Below are positions 40,930 to 52,100 of a stretch of DNA of 64,000 bases, piece by piece (the first letter of the stretch is position 1; each line of letters starts with the position of its first letter). The stretch covers positions 192,001 to 256,000 of the forward strand of contig CBDDCA010000005.1 in NCBI GenBank assembly GCA_965226055.1, given 5' to 3'. The position numbers and the translations under genes are program-made. The stretch is from Spirochaetia bacterium. Lineage in GTDB: Bacteria > Spirochaetota > Spirochaetia > WTKD01 > G963693115. Under the pieces are notes generated by a model. The model made no database searches. It was not told the origin of the DNA and saw only the letters and a program-made list of their open reading frames with translations.

Positions 40930-43900
40930 CTATTGAACTGAAATCTGTAAACTAGAAGATCCTAATACTGTGAATGTTTTTATATTTCCTGCTGTATCAT
41001 ATAATTGGAATGTATTAAGGTTTGAAGATTGATAATGACGTACAAAACTTCTTATCTTTGAGTGGTTAGTATTAAAATATCCTCCTGAACTCCTATCCTT
41101 ATCAATAGTACTCATATCCAACACTTCCTTTATTGCAAATATCTGTATTCTCATTATATCGTGTACAGCATACCCTATATAATTACTAGGATATTTGTTA
41201 TTTGTACCCCAAAAATAATGTGGGTATTCATTACTTCCTCCTGTGGTACCAGCTCCTTCTGCAATACTACTCACACTTACAGGCTCAGATCGTACCCAAA
41301 AAGGATGTATGTTATTTTTTCCATTATCTAAGAAAATGAGATACGATTGAGTTCCTTTTGGAGTATTGTTCCAACTTAATTGTGGAGAGACATTTCCATT
41401 ATTATAGAGATACTTTGAATCACGAGGAAGAACATCCCCATTAGAAAAAGAAGCTGAAGTTAATGTAAAGCGATTCTTAAAAATTGCCACACTCATACTT
41501 GTTCCTCTAAACATATTTTCCCAAGCATATACTTTATTAATACTCCAATTTGATATATCTTGATTAAATGCTGTTGCATTATCAAACATATAGGACATAT
41601 CTGTTACATTACTGGTATCCCAGCCTGATATATCTTGATTAAACACACTTGCCTTTCTAAACATATAGGACATATCTACCACATTCTCAGTATTCCACCC
41701 CGATATATCCTCATTAAAGACTACTGCATTATCAAACATATAAGACATATCTGCTACATTACCCGTAACCCAATCGGATATATCTCCTTGAAACGATGTC
41801 GCTTTTCCAAACATATATCCCATATCCATTACTTTACTTGTATCCCAATCGGACATATCCTGATTAAAGCCTCTTGCATCATAAAACATGTAGGACATAT
41901 TTTTTACCTCACCTACATCCCAATCGGATATATCTTGATTAAATACATGTGCATCAGAAAATAATCCTTCCATATTTGTTACTTTACTCGTATTCCAGTC
42001 CGATATATCCTGATTAAAGGACTCCGCTTGTCCAAACATATAATTCATATCCTTTACATCACTTGTGTCCCAGTCCGATATATCGCTATTAAATGCTTTT
42101 GCTTTGTGAAACATAGCACTCATATTTTCTACACTACGCGTATCCCATCGGGATAAGTCTCCATTAAACAGTGGTATATCGTAAAACATCCCCTCCATAG
42201 TGATAACCTTTCTTACATCCCATCGGGATATATCTTGATCAAAAGACTTTGCTTGTTCAAACATATAATTCATGTCTTTTACATTACTTGTATCCCAGCT
42301 TGATATATCCCCGTTAAATGCTTTTGCATTAGCAAACATATCGCCCATATACTCTACATTACTCACATCCCAAGCTCCTATGTTTTGATTAAAAGCACTA
42401 GCATACATAAACATAGAATCCATATTGAGTACATTACTGGTATTCCACTGAGATATATCTCTGTTAAACCTTTTTGCTTTGTAAAACATTTTGTTCATAT
42501 TTTTCACATTACCAGTATCCCAGCCTGATATATCCCCATTAAATGCAGGTAAATCCTCATGATAGTCATATATTATCTTATTAGATGAAAACATATAACT
42601 CATATCTGTTACATTACTGGTATCCCACTCTGATAAATCTTGATTAAAATACCGTGTACCACCAAACATATAGGACATATCTGTTACATTACTGGTATCC
42701 CACTGAGATATATCCTTATTAAAATTCAAGGCTTGATAAAACATTTTATGCATAGTTGTCACTTTACTTGTGTCCCAGCTTGATATATCCTTATTAAACG
42801 AATTTGCTTCCGAGAACATTTTGCTCATATTTGTTACATTACTGGTATCCCATTGTGACAAATCCACTAAAACAAGAGGAGCTGACTCAAACATAGATTC
42901 CATCGTAGTAACACTACTTGTATCCCACTTTGATATATCTCCCTGAAATACATTTACTTCATAAGTACCAGTATATACAGGATACTCCCCAGAAAAACCA
43001 TAAAACATATAACTCATATCTGTTACATTACTGGTATCCCACTTTGATATATCACTATTAAATGCTTTTACTCCATAAAACATACGACTCATATCTGTTA
43101 CATTACTGGTATCCCACTCTGATATATCTCCTTGAAATGATACTAAATCTTTCAATAATGAGCTCATATCAGTAATGAGACGTGTATCTATCATATTTAA
43201 GTCTGCTTGGTTTCCTTGCTTTTGTATTTCTGCTTCTATAATTTTACGCAACTCGTCTTTTGTTTTTGGTGTATACTGAAATACCCTCTCTATTTGTATG
43301 TCCAGTACAGTGTTTACTGTCCCTTCATAGATTCCATTTCCGCTATATGTTATTGTAAATGGCTGTTTTGATACTACCTCAGTAGGAATCCCTGTTATCT
43401 CTCCTGTTACTTGATTCAACTTCAGTCCTAAAGGCAATGAAGGACTTACACGAAAAACACCTGTCGCTTGTGCTGGAACTGTGCGCATTGTAATTGTTTC
43501 TATTGCTTGCCCTATTTTCCCAATAAGCTCTGACTTACTTGGCTGTATACTTATTACTCCTTCTTTTAATTGCGAAGGAACAAAATTTTTCACTACTATT
43601 TCACTTACTGCATTCTTATACGCATCTATATATACAAGCTCTACCTTATATGCGAGATCATTTATAAGGCTCAGTCCAATACTTCCAATAGATTTTCTTC
43701 CTACTGCAATATCTTGTATGATTACTTCCTGTACCTTTTTATCGCTAAGAGTATGGACTCTTACTTTCAATGTACTAATATCAGTATTTCTTGCATCTAT
43801 GCTCTTTTCTTCCCATACAAGATATATACTTTTTTCTGCTTTTATTATCCGAGCTGATTGTAGTCTATCTTGAGGAGCAGTAGTGTCTTTAGGAACTGCT

Positions 43901-44289
43901 ACTGCTTCCTTTATTTCTGGTGATTCCTTGCTTCCTGCTCTTGCCTTGACTGTTATATTATATTGTGTTTTCTGTTGCAAACCTTTTAATGTATATTTTT
44001 GACCATTTTTCTTATACTCCGATGCTAGTATCACAATCTCAACAGGTTTCCCTCCTGACACAGGCACCGCTGTAATGACCACTTCTTCTGCTTCTTTTGA
44101 AGCATCCCAGCTAATCTGCACACTGCTCTCATCATCTACATTGCTAATTACTACCTGCGATAATGTTAATGAAGTATCCTTTTTCTCTGTACCTTTTAGT
44201 AAATCCTTTAAACTTGAGCCATCACAGGCAGAGAGTATGAACGCAAAGGCAATCCACAATAGTATGTGTAACTCCATCCCTTTTCTCAT
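40930..44289 (-). CDS. surface lipoprotein B: Fn3-like pair + He_PIG + 21 DUF285/BspA-type repeats + C-terminal PEBP (YbhB/YbcL)-like domain
   Basis: Paralog of 38102-40684; C-terminus LTSASFSNGDVLP...GNVSPQLSWNNTPKGTQSY matches the YbhB/YbcL N-terminal pattern; AAGGAG RBS. Confidence 0.88.
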   Translation of the reverse strand: MRKGMELHILLWIAFAFILSACDGSSLKDLLKGTEKKDTSLTLSQVVISNVDDESSVQISWDASKEAEEVVITAVPVSGGKPVEIVILASEYKKNGQKYTLKGLQQKTQYNITVKARAGSKESPEIKEAVAVPKDTTAPQDRLQSARIIKAEKSIYLVWEEKSIDARNTDISTLKVRVHTLSDKKVQEVIIQDIAVGRKSIGSIGLSLINDLAYKVELVYIDAYKNAVSEIVVKNFVPSQLKEGVISIQPSKSELIGKIGQAIETITMRTVPAQATGVFRVSPSLPLGLKLNQVTGEITGIPTEVVSKQPFTITYSGNGIYEGTVNTVLDIQIERVFQYTPKTKDELRKIIEAEIQKQGNQADLNMIDTRLITDMSSLLKDLVSFQGDISEWDTSNVTDMSRMFYGVKAFNSDISKWDTSNVTDMSYMFYGFSGEYPVYTGTYEVNVFQGDISKWDTSSVTTMESMFESAPLVLVDLSQWDTSNVTNMSKMFSEANSFNKDISSWDTSKVTTMHKMFYQALNFNKDISQWDTSNVTDMSYMFGGTRYFNQDLSEWDTSNVTDMSYMFSSNKIIYDYHEDLPAFNGDISGWDTGNVKNMNKMFYKAKRFNRDISQWNTSNVLNMDSMFMYASAFNQNIGAWDVSNVEYMGDMFANAKAFNGDISSWDTSNVKDMNYMFEQAKSFDQDISRWDVRKVITMEGMFYDIPLFNGDLSRWDTRSVENMSAMFHKAKAFNSDISDWDTSDVKDMNYMFGQAESFNQDISDWNTSKVTNMEGLFSDAHVFNQDISDWDVGEVKNMSYMFYDARGFNQDMSDWDTSKVMDMGYMFGKATSFQGDISDWVTGNVADMSYMFDNAVVFNEDISGWNTENVVDMSYMFRKASVFNQDISGWDTSNVTDMSYMFDNATAFNQDISNWSINKVYAWENMFRGTSMSVAIFKNRFTLTSASFSNGDVLPRDSKYLYNNGNVSPQLSWNNTPKGTQSYLIFLDNGKNNIHPFWVRSEPVSVSSIAEGAGTTGGSNEYPHYFWGTNNKYPSNYIGYAVHDIMRIQIFAIKEVLDMSTIDKDRSSGGYFNTNHSKIRSFVRHYQSSNLNTFQLYDTAGNIKTFTVLGSSSLQISVQ

Positions 44290-44441
44290 AATAAACTCCT
44301 TTTGAAGGATACTACTAAAAAGCTCCTTCTATATTAGCATTATTCCATACCACTTATATAATATAGTACAAATATTACAAAAGTCAAGGGCTAAAATTTC
44401 CATTTTTGTGTTTTTAATATTTGTTACTTCTGCTAGAGCAG

Positions 44442-46745
44442 TTACTGTTTAGTGGCAAGGGTAGTTAATTCTGTTTTTCTTCCTGTAGAGGCTTTTGTAG
44501 GATCTGTTGCATTGACTACCTGTACTACTATTTCATAGGTGGTGTTAGGGGTAAGATTAGTTAAATCTACACTTAAAGTTTCTAATTCTAGCGGGGCTGG
44601 ATCTGCTTTTTTAATCTCTGCTACTGTTCGGGCATTTTTTCCCTTTGCTACATGATATACTTTGTAAAATATATCTCTATCTGTGAGTATTTGTCCATTT
44701 GCTTTCTTATGACTGCTTTTAAGCGTTGGTTCAAACCATACTATGGTTATCTTCCTATCACTTATACCACCATTATTATTCGGTGGGTCAACAAAGGGGA
44801 CATCTGGCGGTGCGGTTGCTTGGCTAATGGTAGTTACTTCTATTCTTACTCCTGTAGAGACTTTTGTGGTATCCGTTGCATTAACTGCTTGTACTACTAC
44901 TTCATAGGTAGTACCTCCAGTAAGATTAGTTATACTTGTATTTGTCGTTCCCTTTGCTACTTCTAGCGGGGTTGTGTCTGCTTTAATCTGTGCTACTGTT
45001 CGGGCTTTCTTTCCTTTTGCTATACGATATACTTTGTAGGATACATCTGCCTGTGTGAGTGGTGTTCCGTCTGCTTTCTTGTGGCTAGCACTAAGATCTG
45101 GGACTTGCCATGATACCCTTATACTTGTATCAATAGGATTTCCTGTAACACTGCGGGCATCTGCAGGGGCGGTTGCTTGATTAATGGCAAGGGTAGTCAC
45201 CTCTACTCTTACCCCTGTAGAGACTTTTGTGGTATCAGTTACATTGATTGCTTGTACTACTATTTCATAAGTGGTACTAGACTTAAGATTAGTTATACTT
45301 ATACTTGTTGTTCCTTTTACTGTTATAGGAGTAGTATCTACTGTTTTAATCTCTGCTACTGTTCGCTCACTGTCTCCCTTTGCTACACTGTATACTTTGT
45401 AGGATACATCTGCCTGTGTGAGTTGTGTTCCGTCTGCTTTCTTGTGGCTAGCACTAAGATCTGGGACTTGCCATGATACCCTTATACTTATATCGACAGG
45501 ACTTCCTTGAACACTGCGGGCATCTGCGGGGGCGGTTGCAAGACTAGTGGTAGTTACTTCTCTTCTTACTCCTATAGATACTTTTGTGATATCCGTTGCA
45601 TTGACTGATTGTACTACTATTTCATAGGTGGTATTAGGCTTAAGATTGGTTATATCTATACTTGTTGTTCCTTTTGCTACTTCTAGCGGGGTTGTGTCTG
45701 CTTTTTTAATCTCTGCTACTGTTCGGGCATCTCTTCCTTTTGCTACTCGATATACTTTGTAAGATACATCTGCCTCTGTGAGTTGCGTTCCATCTACTTT
45801 CTTATGATCGCTTGTAAGCGTTGGGGCTGTCCACGATATACTTGCACTTGTATGGGTAGGACTTCCTTGAACACTGAGGGCATCTGCGGGGGCGGTTGCT
45901 TGATTAGTTTTAAGGGTAGTCACTTCTGCTCTTATCCCTGTAGAGACTTTTGTGGTATCCGTTGTGTTTACTGCCTGTACTACTATTTCATAGGTGGTAC
46001 TTTTATTAAGATTAGTTATATTTGTACTTGTTGTTCCCTTTGTTACTTCTAGCGGATTATTATCTGCACTTATAATATTTGCTATTGTTCGGCTCTCTGC
46101 TCCTTTTTCTACATGATATACCTTATACGATACATCGGCCTTTGTGAGTTGTGTTCCATCTGCTTTCTTGTGGCTAGAGTTAAGTGTTGGAGCTGTCCAT
46201 GTTATTCTTGCACTTGTATCGGTTGGACTTCCTGCAACATCGCTTACCTCTGCGGGGGCAGTGGCAGAGAATGAAATATTAGAAATAGTTACTTCTGCTT
46301 TCGTTCCTGTAGAGACTTTTGTGGGATCTGTTGCATTGACTGCCTGTACTACTATTTCATAGGTGGTATCAAGTTTACGATTATTTATATTTGTCGTTGT
46401 TATTCCTTTTCCTACCTTTATGGGTGCCTTATCTAACGCTATGATATCCGCTATTGTTAGGCTCTTTGCTCCCTTTTCTACTATAAAAACCCTATACGAT
46501 ACATCTGCCTGTGTGAGTTGTGTTCCATCTGCTTTCTTGTGGCTAGAGCTAAGCGTTGGAGCTGTCCATGATAATATAATACTTCTGTTGATAGTTTTAG
46601 ATGTAATACTTTTTACTTCTGATGGTGCAGAAGATAGTACATTATCGTCTCTACTACTAGAGCTAGTCGAAGTGCTAGCTTCACAAGCACTTATCAAAAT
46701 AATAAAAACACTAAAAACAATAAAATATATATAATTTTTTTTCAT
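44442..46745 (-). CDS. lipoprotein composed of six tandem ~120-aa Fn3-like repeats
   Basis: Lipobox LISAC, Ser-rich linker, six repeats of AP..V/A...W..P.L..SHKKADG..LT..DVSY.VY...TTYEIVVQAVN.TD.TK.STG. Confidence 0.9.
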   Translation of the reverse strand: MKKNYIYFIVFSVFIILISACEASTSTSSSSRDDNVLSSAPSEVKSITSKTINRSIILSWTAPTLSSSHKKADGTQLTQADVSYRVFIVEKGAKSLTIADIIALDKAPIKVGKGITTTNINNRKLDTTYEIVVQAVNATDPTKVSTGTKAEVTISNISFSATAPAEVSDVAGSPTDTSARITWTAPTLNSSHKKADGTQLTKADVSYKVYHVEKGAESRTIANIISADNNPLEVTKGTTSTNITNLNKSTTYEIVVQAVNTTDTTKVSTGIRAEVTTLKTNQATAPADALSVQGSPTHTSASISWTAPTLTSDHKKVDGTQLTEADVSYKVYRVAKGRDARTVAEIKKADTTPLEVAKGTTSIDITNLKPNTTYEIVVQSVNATDITKVSIGVRREVTTTSLATAPADARSVQGSPVDISIRVSWQVPDLSASHKKADGTQLTQADVSYKVYSVAKGDSERTVAEIKTVDTTPITVKGTTSISITNLKSSTTYEIVVQAINVTDTTKVSTGVRVEVTTLAINQATAPADARSVTGNPIDTSIRVSWQVPDLSASHKKADGTPLTQADVSYKVYRIAKGKKARTVAQIKADTTPLEVAKGTTNTSITNLTGGTTYEVVVQAVNATDTTKVSTGVRIEVTTISQATAPPDVPFVDPPNNNGGISDRKITIVWFEPTLKSSHKKANGQILTDRDIFYKVYHVAKGKNARTVAEIKKADPAPLELETLSVDLTNLTPNTTYEIVVQVVNATDPTKASTGRKTELTTLATKQ

Positions 46746-46983
46746 ATTTTACTCCTTCATAAGTTCAAACTTACTGCTTGAATTTTGAATGCATATAACT
46801 ATACTATATTATAATATACAAAGAAAAAAAATTTTGCAATACCCAACAGCTATTTTTTTAAAAAATAGCCTGTTACTCTCAATTTTAAGTGCTACTTACA
46901 TAAAATGAGTTACACCAAAAGTGTATACACTAGATAGTAAAATTCCATGATATATTTTACCGTATGTACTATAATTATATATA

Positions 46984-48183
46984 ATGTCGTATACATGTTT
47001 TCATAATGGTATATTACTGAGTGGCATCAACAGATTTGAACATGCAGCTATCCTTATAAAAGATACCACGATTATGGATATATTTAATGAAGATAGATTT
47101 AAGCAAAAACAAACACTCTTTCCTAGCGATACTCAATATATAGATGTGCAGGGATCTTATATATCACCAGGATTTATTGACACTCATATTCATGGATTTG
47201 CAGGATATGGGACGGATAAATTACAGGAAGATCCTCGCTCACTCATCAAAATGGCACAAGCATTACCTCAGTATGGAGTTACTAGTTTTTTAGCAACACT
47301 CTACCCTAAACCTATTAACATTATGCAAGATACATTAACACTAACAATAGAAAACATAGAATATCAAAAATCACTCCCCTCAGATCAATATGGAGCCTGT
47401 ATAGCAGGAGTACACCTTGAAGGCCCCTTTATTTCAAAAAAGCGACTTGGAGTACACAAAGAAGAATGTGCAAGTCTTCCTGATACAGAAATAATGCAGC
47501 GTTTTATTGATATAGGTAAAGGGTATATCCGAAATATGACTGTAGCACCTGAACTAAAAGGCATGCATGAGATTGCTATTATGGGTATCAATAATAATAT
47601 TGTCTTACAAGCAGGACATACTGATGCACGGTACAAACATATTCAAGAAGGAATACAAGTTGGCATACTTCATTCTACGCATTTTTTTAATGCAATGTCT
47701 CGTCTTCATCATCGTGATCCGGGAACGGTAGGAGCAATACTCTTAGATTCTTCAATGTCTTGCGAAATTATTGCCGATGGATACCATGTACACCCTTTAC
47801 TTATTCGTCTTTTGTTACGTAATAAATCTAAAAATAATATAGTGCTTATTACTGACTCTGTAAGTCCTACCTTACAAAAGGGAGGAAAGTGTATAGCAAA
47901 TGGTCAAGAGGTATACTTACAAGACGGACTTTTCTATACTAAGACAGATAATATCATTGCAGGTTCAGCATTAACGATGCATCAAGGGGTAAAAAATCTC
48001 ATGCAATGGGGCATTACCCTTGATCAAGCTATATCAATGGCAAGCTATAATCCAGCTACAATTATAAAGATTCCAAAAAAGGGAATGCTATGTCCTGGCT
48101 ACGATGCTGATATTGTTGTATTTAATAATGATATAGAAATACAATATACTATGGTAGAAGGATATATTGCATATAGCAAATAA
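46984..48183 (+). CDS. nagA: N-acetylglucosamine-6-phosphate deacetylase
   Basis: PGFIDTHIHG, HLEGPF, TVAPE, GHT, THFFNAM, IADGYHVHP, LITDS, IAGS and G.DAD motifs. Confidence 0.95.
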   Translation: MSYTCFHNGILLSGINRFEHAAILIKDTTIMDIFNEDRFKQKQTLFPSDTQYIDVQGSYISPGFIDTHIHGFAGYGTDKLQEDPRSLIKMAQALPQYGVTSFLATLYPKPINIMQDTLTLTIENIEYQKSLPSDQYGACIAGVHLEGPFISKKRLGVHKEECASLPDTEIMQRFIDIGKGYIRNMTVAPELKGMHEIAIMGINNNIVLQAGHTDARYKHIQEGIQVGILHSTHFFNAMSRLHHRDPGTVGAILLDSSMSCEIIADGYHVHPLLIRLLLRNKSKNNIVLITDSVSPTLQKGGKCIANGQEVYLQDGLFYTKTDNIIAGSALTMHQGVKNLMQWGITLDQAISMASYNPATIIKIPKKGMLCPGYDADIVVFNNDIEIQYTMVEGYIAYSK

Positions 48184-48211
48184 ATCATATTTGAAATAAA
48201 AAAGAGCTATC

Positions 48212-49000
48212 ATGAATGTTATTATACAAGAGGACTATCACGCTATATCTCACTATGTTGCTCACTACACAACACAAAAAATACAGTCAAAAACTACCAA
48301 CACAGCAGAAACACATACTATGTTTGTACTAGGGTTACCTACAGGATCAAGCATCATAGGTACTTATCAAGAGCTTGTGCATTTGTACCAACAAAAAAAA
48401 GTATCATTTAAGCATGTCATCACATTTAATATGGATGAATATGTAGGGCTGAAATCAGATCATCCACAGAGTTATAGCTATTTTATGCATTCCCACTTAT
48501 TTAATCATATAGACATAGATCCTAACAATATCCACTTATTCAATGGATGTAGCAACAATACAGAGACACAACTTCAAAACTATGAGACAGCTATACAGCA
48601 ATCTGGTGGCATTGATCTCTTCCTTGGAGGCATAGGACAAAATGGGCATCTTGCTTTTAATGAACCATATTCTTCTCTTCGCTCTTATAGTCATTATCAA
48701 CTATTAACACAAGATACTCGGCTTGCTAATGCACGTTTTTTTGACAACACTATGGAGAAAGTACCAACAGCAGCGTACACTGTAGGAATACAAACTATCA
48801 TGGACGCTCGTGAAGTGCTTATTATCGCAAGCGGAATAAACAAGGCCGAAGCGCTCTCTCGTGTTATTGAAGGAAACATATCTCATAGCTGCCCTGCGAG
48901 TATTTTACAGTTACACCCACATGCCACTATAGTATGTGATACAGAAGCTTGCAGTGCCTTAGCGCCCGAAACATATCAATACTTTCTCTCTTTACAATAA
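48212..49000 (+). CDS. nagB: glucosamine-6-phosphate deaminase
   Basis: LGLPTGSS, TFNMDEYVGL, HPQSY, GGIDL.LGGIG.NGHLAFNEP, TR.ANARFF and PAS.LQLH motifs. Confidence 0.96.
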   Translation: MNVIIQEDYHAISHYVAHYTTQKIQSKTTNTAETHTMFVLGLPTGSSIIGTYQELVHLYQQKKVSFKHVITFNMDEYVGLKSDHPQSYSYFMHSHLFNHIDIDPNNIHLFNGCSNNTETQLQNYETAIQQSGGIDLFLGGIGQNGHLAFNEPYSSLRSYSHYQLLTQDTRLANARFFDNTMEKVPTAAYTVGIQTIMDAREVLIIASGINKAEALSRVIEGNISHSCPASILQLHPHATIVCDTEACSALAPETYQYFLSLQ

Positions 49001-49092
49001 AATTGTATCTAAGTGCAGATTCATGGAGTATTACTCTCTCGTACGCTCTATCAAAGATGCCTTAGAAACACTTTTTTGCTACTCTTGAGGTT

Positions 49093-49129
49093 CTATAGCA
49101 AGAAAGGAGTATTTCCTTTCTTGCTATAG
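49093..49129. repeat. 37-bp palindrome (16-5-16) downstream of L2
   Basis: CTATAGCAAGAAAGGA-GTATT-TCCTTTCTTGCTATAG, 21 bp from the L2 stop. Confidence 0.9.
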
Positions 49130-49150
49130 GTGTGTATGTATCTCTCTATG

Positions 49151-52100
49151 TTACGATGTACATGCTGGATCACCTCTAAAAATCTTTGGGAGCTGTGCTG
49201 TTTTCGTTTCCATAGCTGAGCCTGTAAACATACGACTTTGTAATCTTGATATACTACACAATTTCCATGATGATAAATCTTGATCAAATACAGAAGCATC
49301 TCTAAATATATTAATAATATTTACAACTTTACTTACATTCCAGCTTCCTATATTCTGATTAAATACACTTGCTTTATTAAACATACTAAACATACTAGTA
49401 ACTTTACTTACATTCCAGTTTCCTATGTTTTGATTAAATGCACTTGCTTCATCAAACATACTATCCATATGAGTAACTTTACTCACATTCCAGTTTCCTA
49501 TATTTTGATTAAAATCATCTGTTTCAATAAACATACCAGCCATACCAGTAACTTTTCCCGTATCCCAATTTCCTATGTTTTGATTAAAAACACTTGCTCC
49601 CCAAAACATACTGGACATATTCATTACATTACTGGTATTCCACTGTGTTATATCTCCATTAAAAGTACTATCCTTCCTAAATAATTCACTCATATCAGTA
49701 ATAGCACTGGTGTCTATCATGTTGAGGTTGGGGCTAGGGTTACTGTTTCCTCCTGAACCTTGCCTTGTTTTTTCTTCGCTGATAATAGTTTGCAGTGCTG
49801 ATTTTGTTGTTGGTCTGTAATAGGCTTCTGCTTTTCCTGATGGTGCTGTTCTTATATCTGTCCGTATAACAATAGTGGCGGGTACTTTTTTCTTTGAAGC
49901 GGTTATTGTACACTGTGCTACATCATAGCTATACTCAGTAATATTAGGGTCACGTATATTGGACTTATTTGCTATGCCTGTTATAGTAACTGTTTTGCTA
50001 CTCTGATTAAACGATACTGCTAGCCCTGTTTCATCTTTTATTTTCTTTGCATCTGCCTCTAGTATGGTGGCATCACAGGTAAAGGCATTGCCACTGGGTG
50101 TGCTGGTAAGTACTCTTGTAGTATTTGATGCTAGTGCTGTGCCTACTGTTGCTGAAACTATGCTAGTGTTTCCTATAGATATTGCACTTGCTTCAAACTC
50201 GTGGCGTTCTCCTGCTGATACTTTTGCAGGATCGGTGCTGTTTACTGCTTGCACTACTATTTCGTAGGTCGTTCCGTTTGTCAATCCTGTCAGGGTAGTG
50301 TTTGTTGTTCCTGCTGCTATGTTTTTTGTTGCTGTATTAGCATTTGCTTTTATCTGTGCTACGCTTCTCGTTGTATCACCACTCTTGGCAATGCTGTATA
50401 CTTTGTACGATACTTGTGCTGTTGTTAGGGTAGCTCCTTTATTTGTTTTGTGACTTGCACTGAGGCTGGGAGCTGTCCACGATACTCTCATACCTGTCTG
50501 GGCTACTCTTGTCTGTATAGTTGATACTTCTGCAGGGGCAGTCGCTTGCGATGCGGTTGTTACGCTTGCCACTGTCGATACTGCTTTTTTGCTAGTGTCT
50601 GTTTTTACTGCTACTTCTACCACAAAGTAATACTTTGTCGCTCCTTTTATTGCTACTACTGGTGCTGTGTCTGCAGACAAACCTAAACTGGCAAGGGCTG
50701 GTACTGTGTACACTCCGCTACTTACACTGCCTATATCTATCTTTCTGCCTGCAAGTACTTCTGCTACTGTAGGGTCAGTGTCTTTCTGTAAGCCATACAC
50801 TGTGTATGCTAGCTGATTACTAGCGGTTATGTTTGTGCCATCGTAGTCTTTCGCTCCTGTAAATGTGCTTAGCTCGGTAAGTACCAGCTTTATTGTGCCT
50901 GCTGTGTTTGTTGACGGTGATACTACTAGCTTTCCTGTGAGTAATGACTGATTTGGTGCTACTGCTTTGGAAGTATAGATTTCCTTTATTTCTGTTACAT
51001 CGGTGTAAAAGCCTGCAGGAAAGAGCTTGTCGCTATTTGTTGCATCGTAATTGGGGGATGTTGTGTTGACTATCCTCACTCCTATGTAGTAATCTTTTGC
51101 TGTTTCTATGGGGGTTGCTCCTGCATTGCTTCCACTGGTGCTGTCTACTATTGCTATGGATATGGTTGCTTGAGTTGTTCCTGTTGCTTTTGTGTACTTT
51201 GCTACCTTTACACTGCTTTTCTCTGTTGCCCATAAAGCCGATACACTGGCAGGCTTTCCTGTAGTATCTTCTTTCTTGAGGTATAGCACATAGTACGCAA
51301 GGTCTGTCGCTTCAAGGGCATTGCCATTTGCCTTACTCACTCCTGCTATTGCTGAGGCATTTACTTGTACTGTTATGACTTTTTTTCCTCTGTTGCTTCC
51401 TGTGCTAGGCACTGCAAATACTACTGCATTACTGTTAGTGTAGGTGGTGCTTTTTGGGGTATTTGGTGGTGCAGTAAGCGTTGCTTTCTTTATTGTTGCT
51501 GATGCTCCTATGCTATACGAAGGATTGAGGCTGTTTATTGCTTCTACTCCTGCGGTATAGTCTGCTCCTTTCGTTCCTATAAATCTTACTTGTAAGGTAC
51601 TGTCTCCTGCTATATTCTGTGTTTGTACTCCTGCAAGTCCTTTTATTGCCTCTAGTGTTTTTGTGCTGTGGTCTCCCTCTGCTATGTATACTTTGTACTG
51701 TATTTGTGCCTGTGTGAGTTTGCTTCCACTGGGTGCTTTGTTATCATTGGTAATGTCTCCTGCACTAAATGTATAGACTGCTGTTGCGGTTATTTGGGTT
51801 ACTGATTCTACAGAGAGCTTTGCATCTTTGGGAGCGGGCGGTGCTGTTGAGGTACTATCATATACTGCCACAGTATCAGCAAGAGTAGTTACAGGGCTTA
51901 CTATGTTATTTGCTATTGTCAAAAAGGTAAAGCGATAATTCTTGGCATTTGCTTGTACCTTAGGTACTTCTAAGCCATCTGCTATCCCAAAAGTAATGGC
52001 TGTTACACTTCCTGTTATGCTTTTTTCTGCTACCAGTGTAGCACCATCGTACATACGCAAAGTATAGTAGCTTCCTATGCCTGGAGCTTGCTTAAAGCTT

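Noticed and set aside
38150-43200. CRISPR-like periodic repeats (~75-bp period)
   Set aside because: The repeats are in-frame, degenerate, protein-coding DUF285 units; there are no identical repeats with unique spacers and no cas genes.
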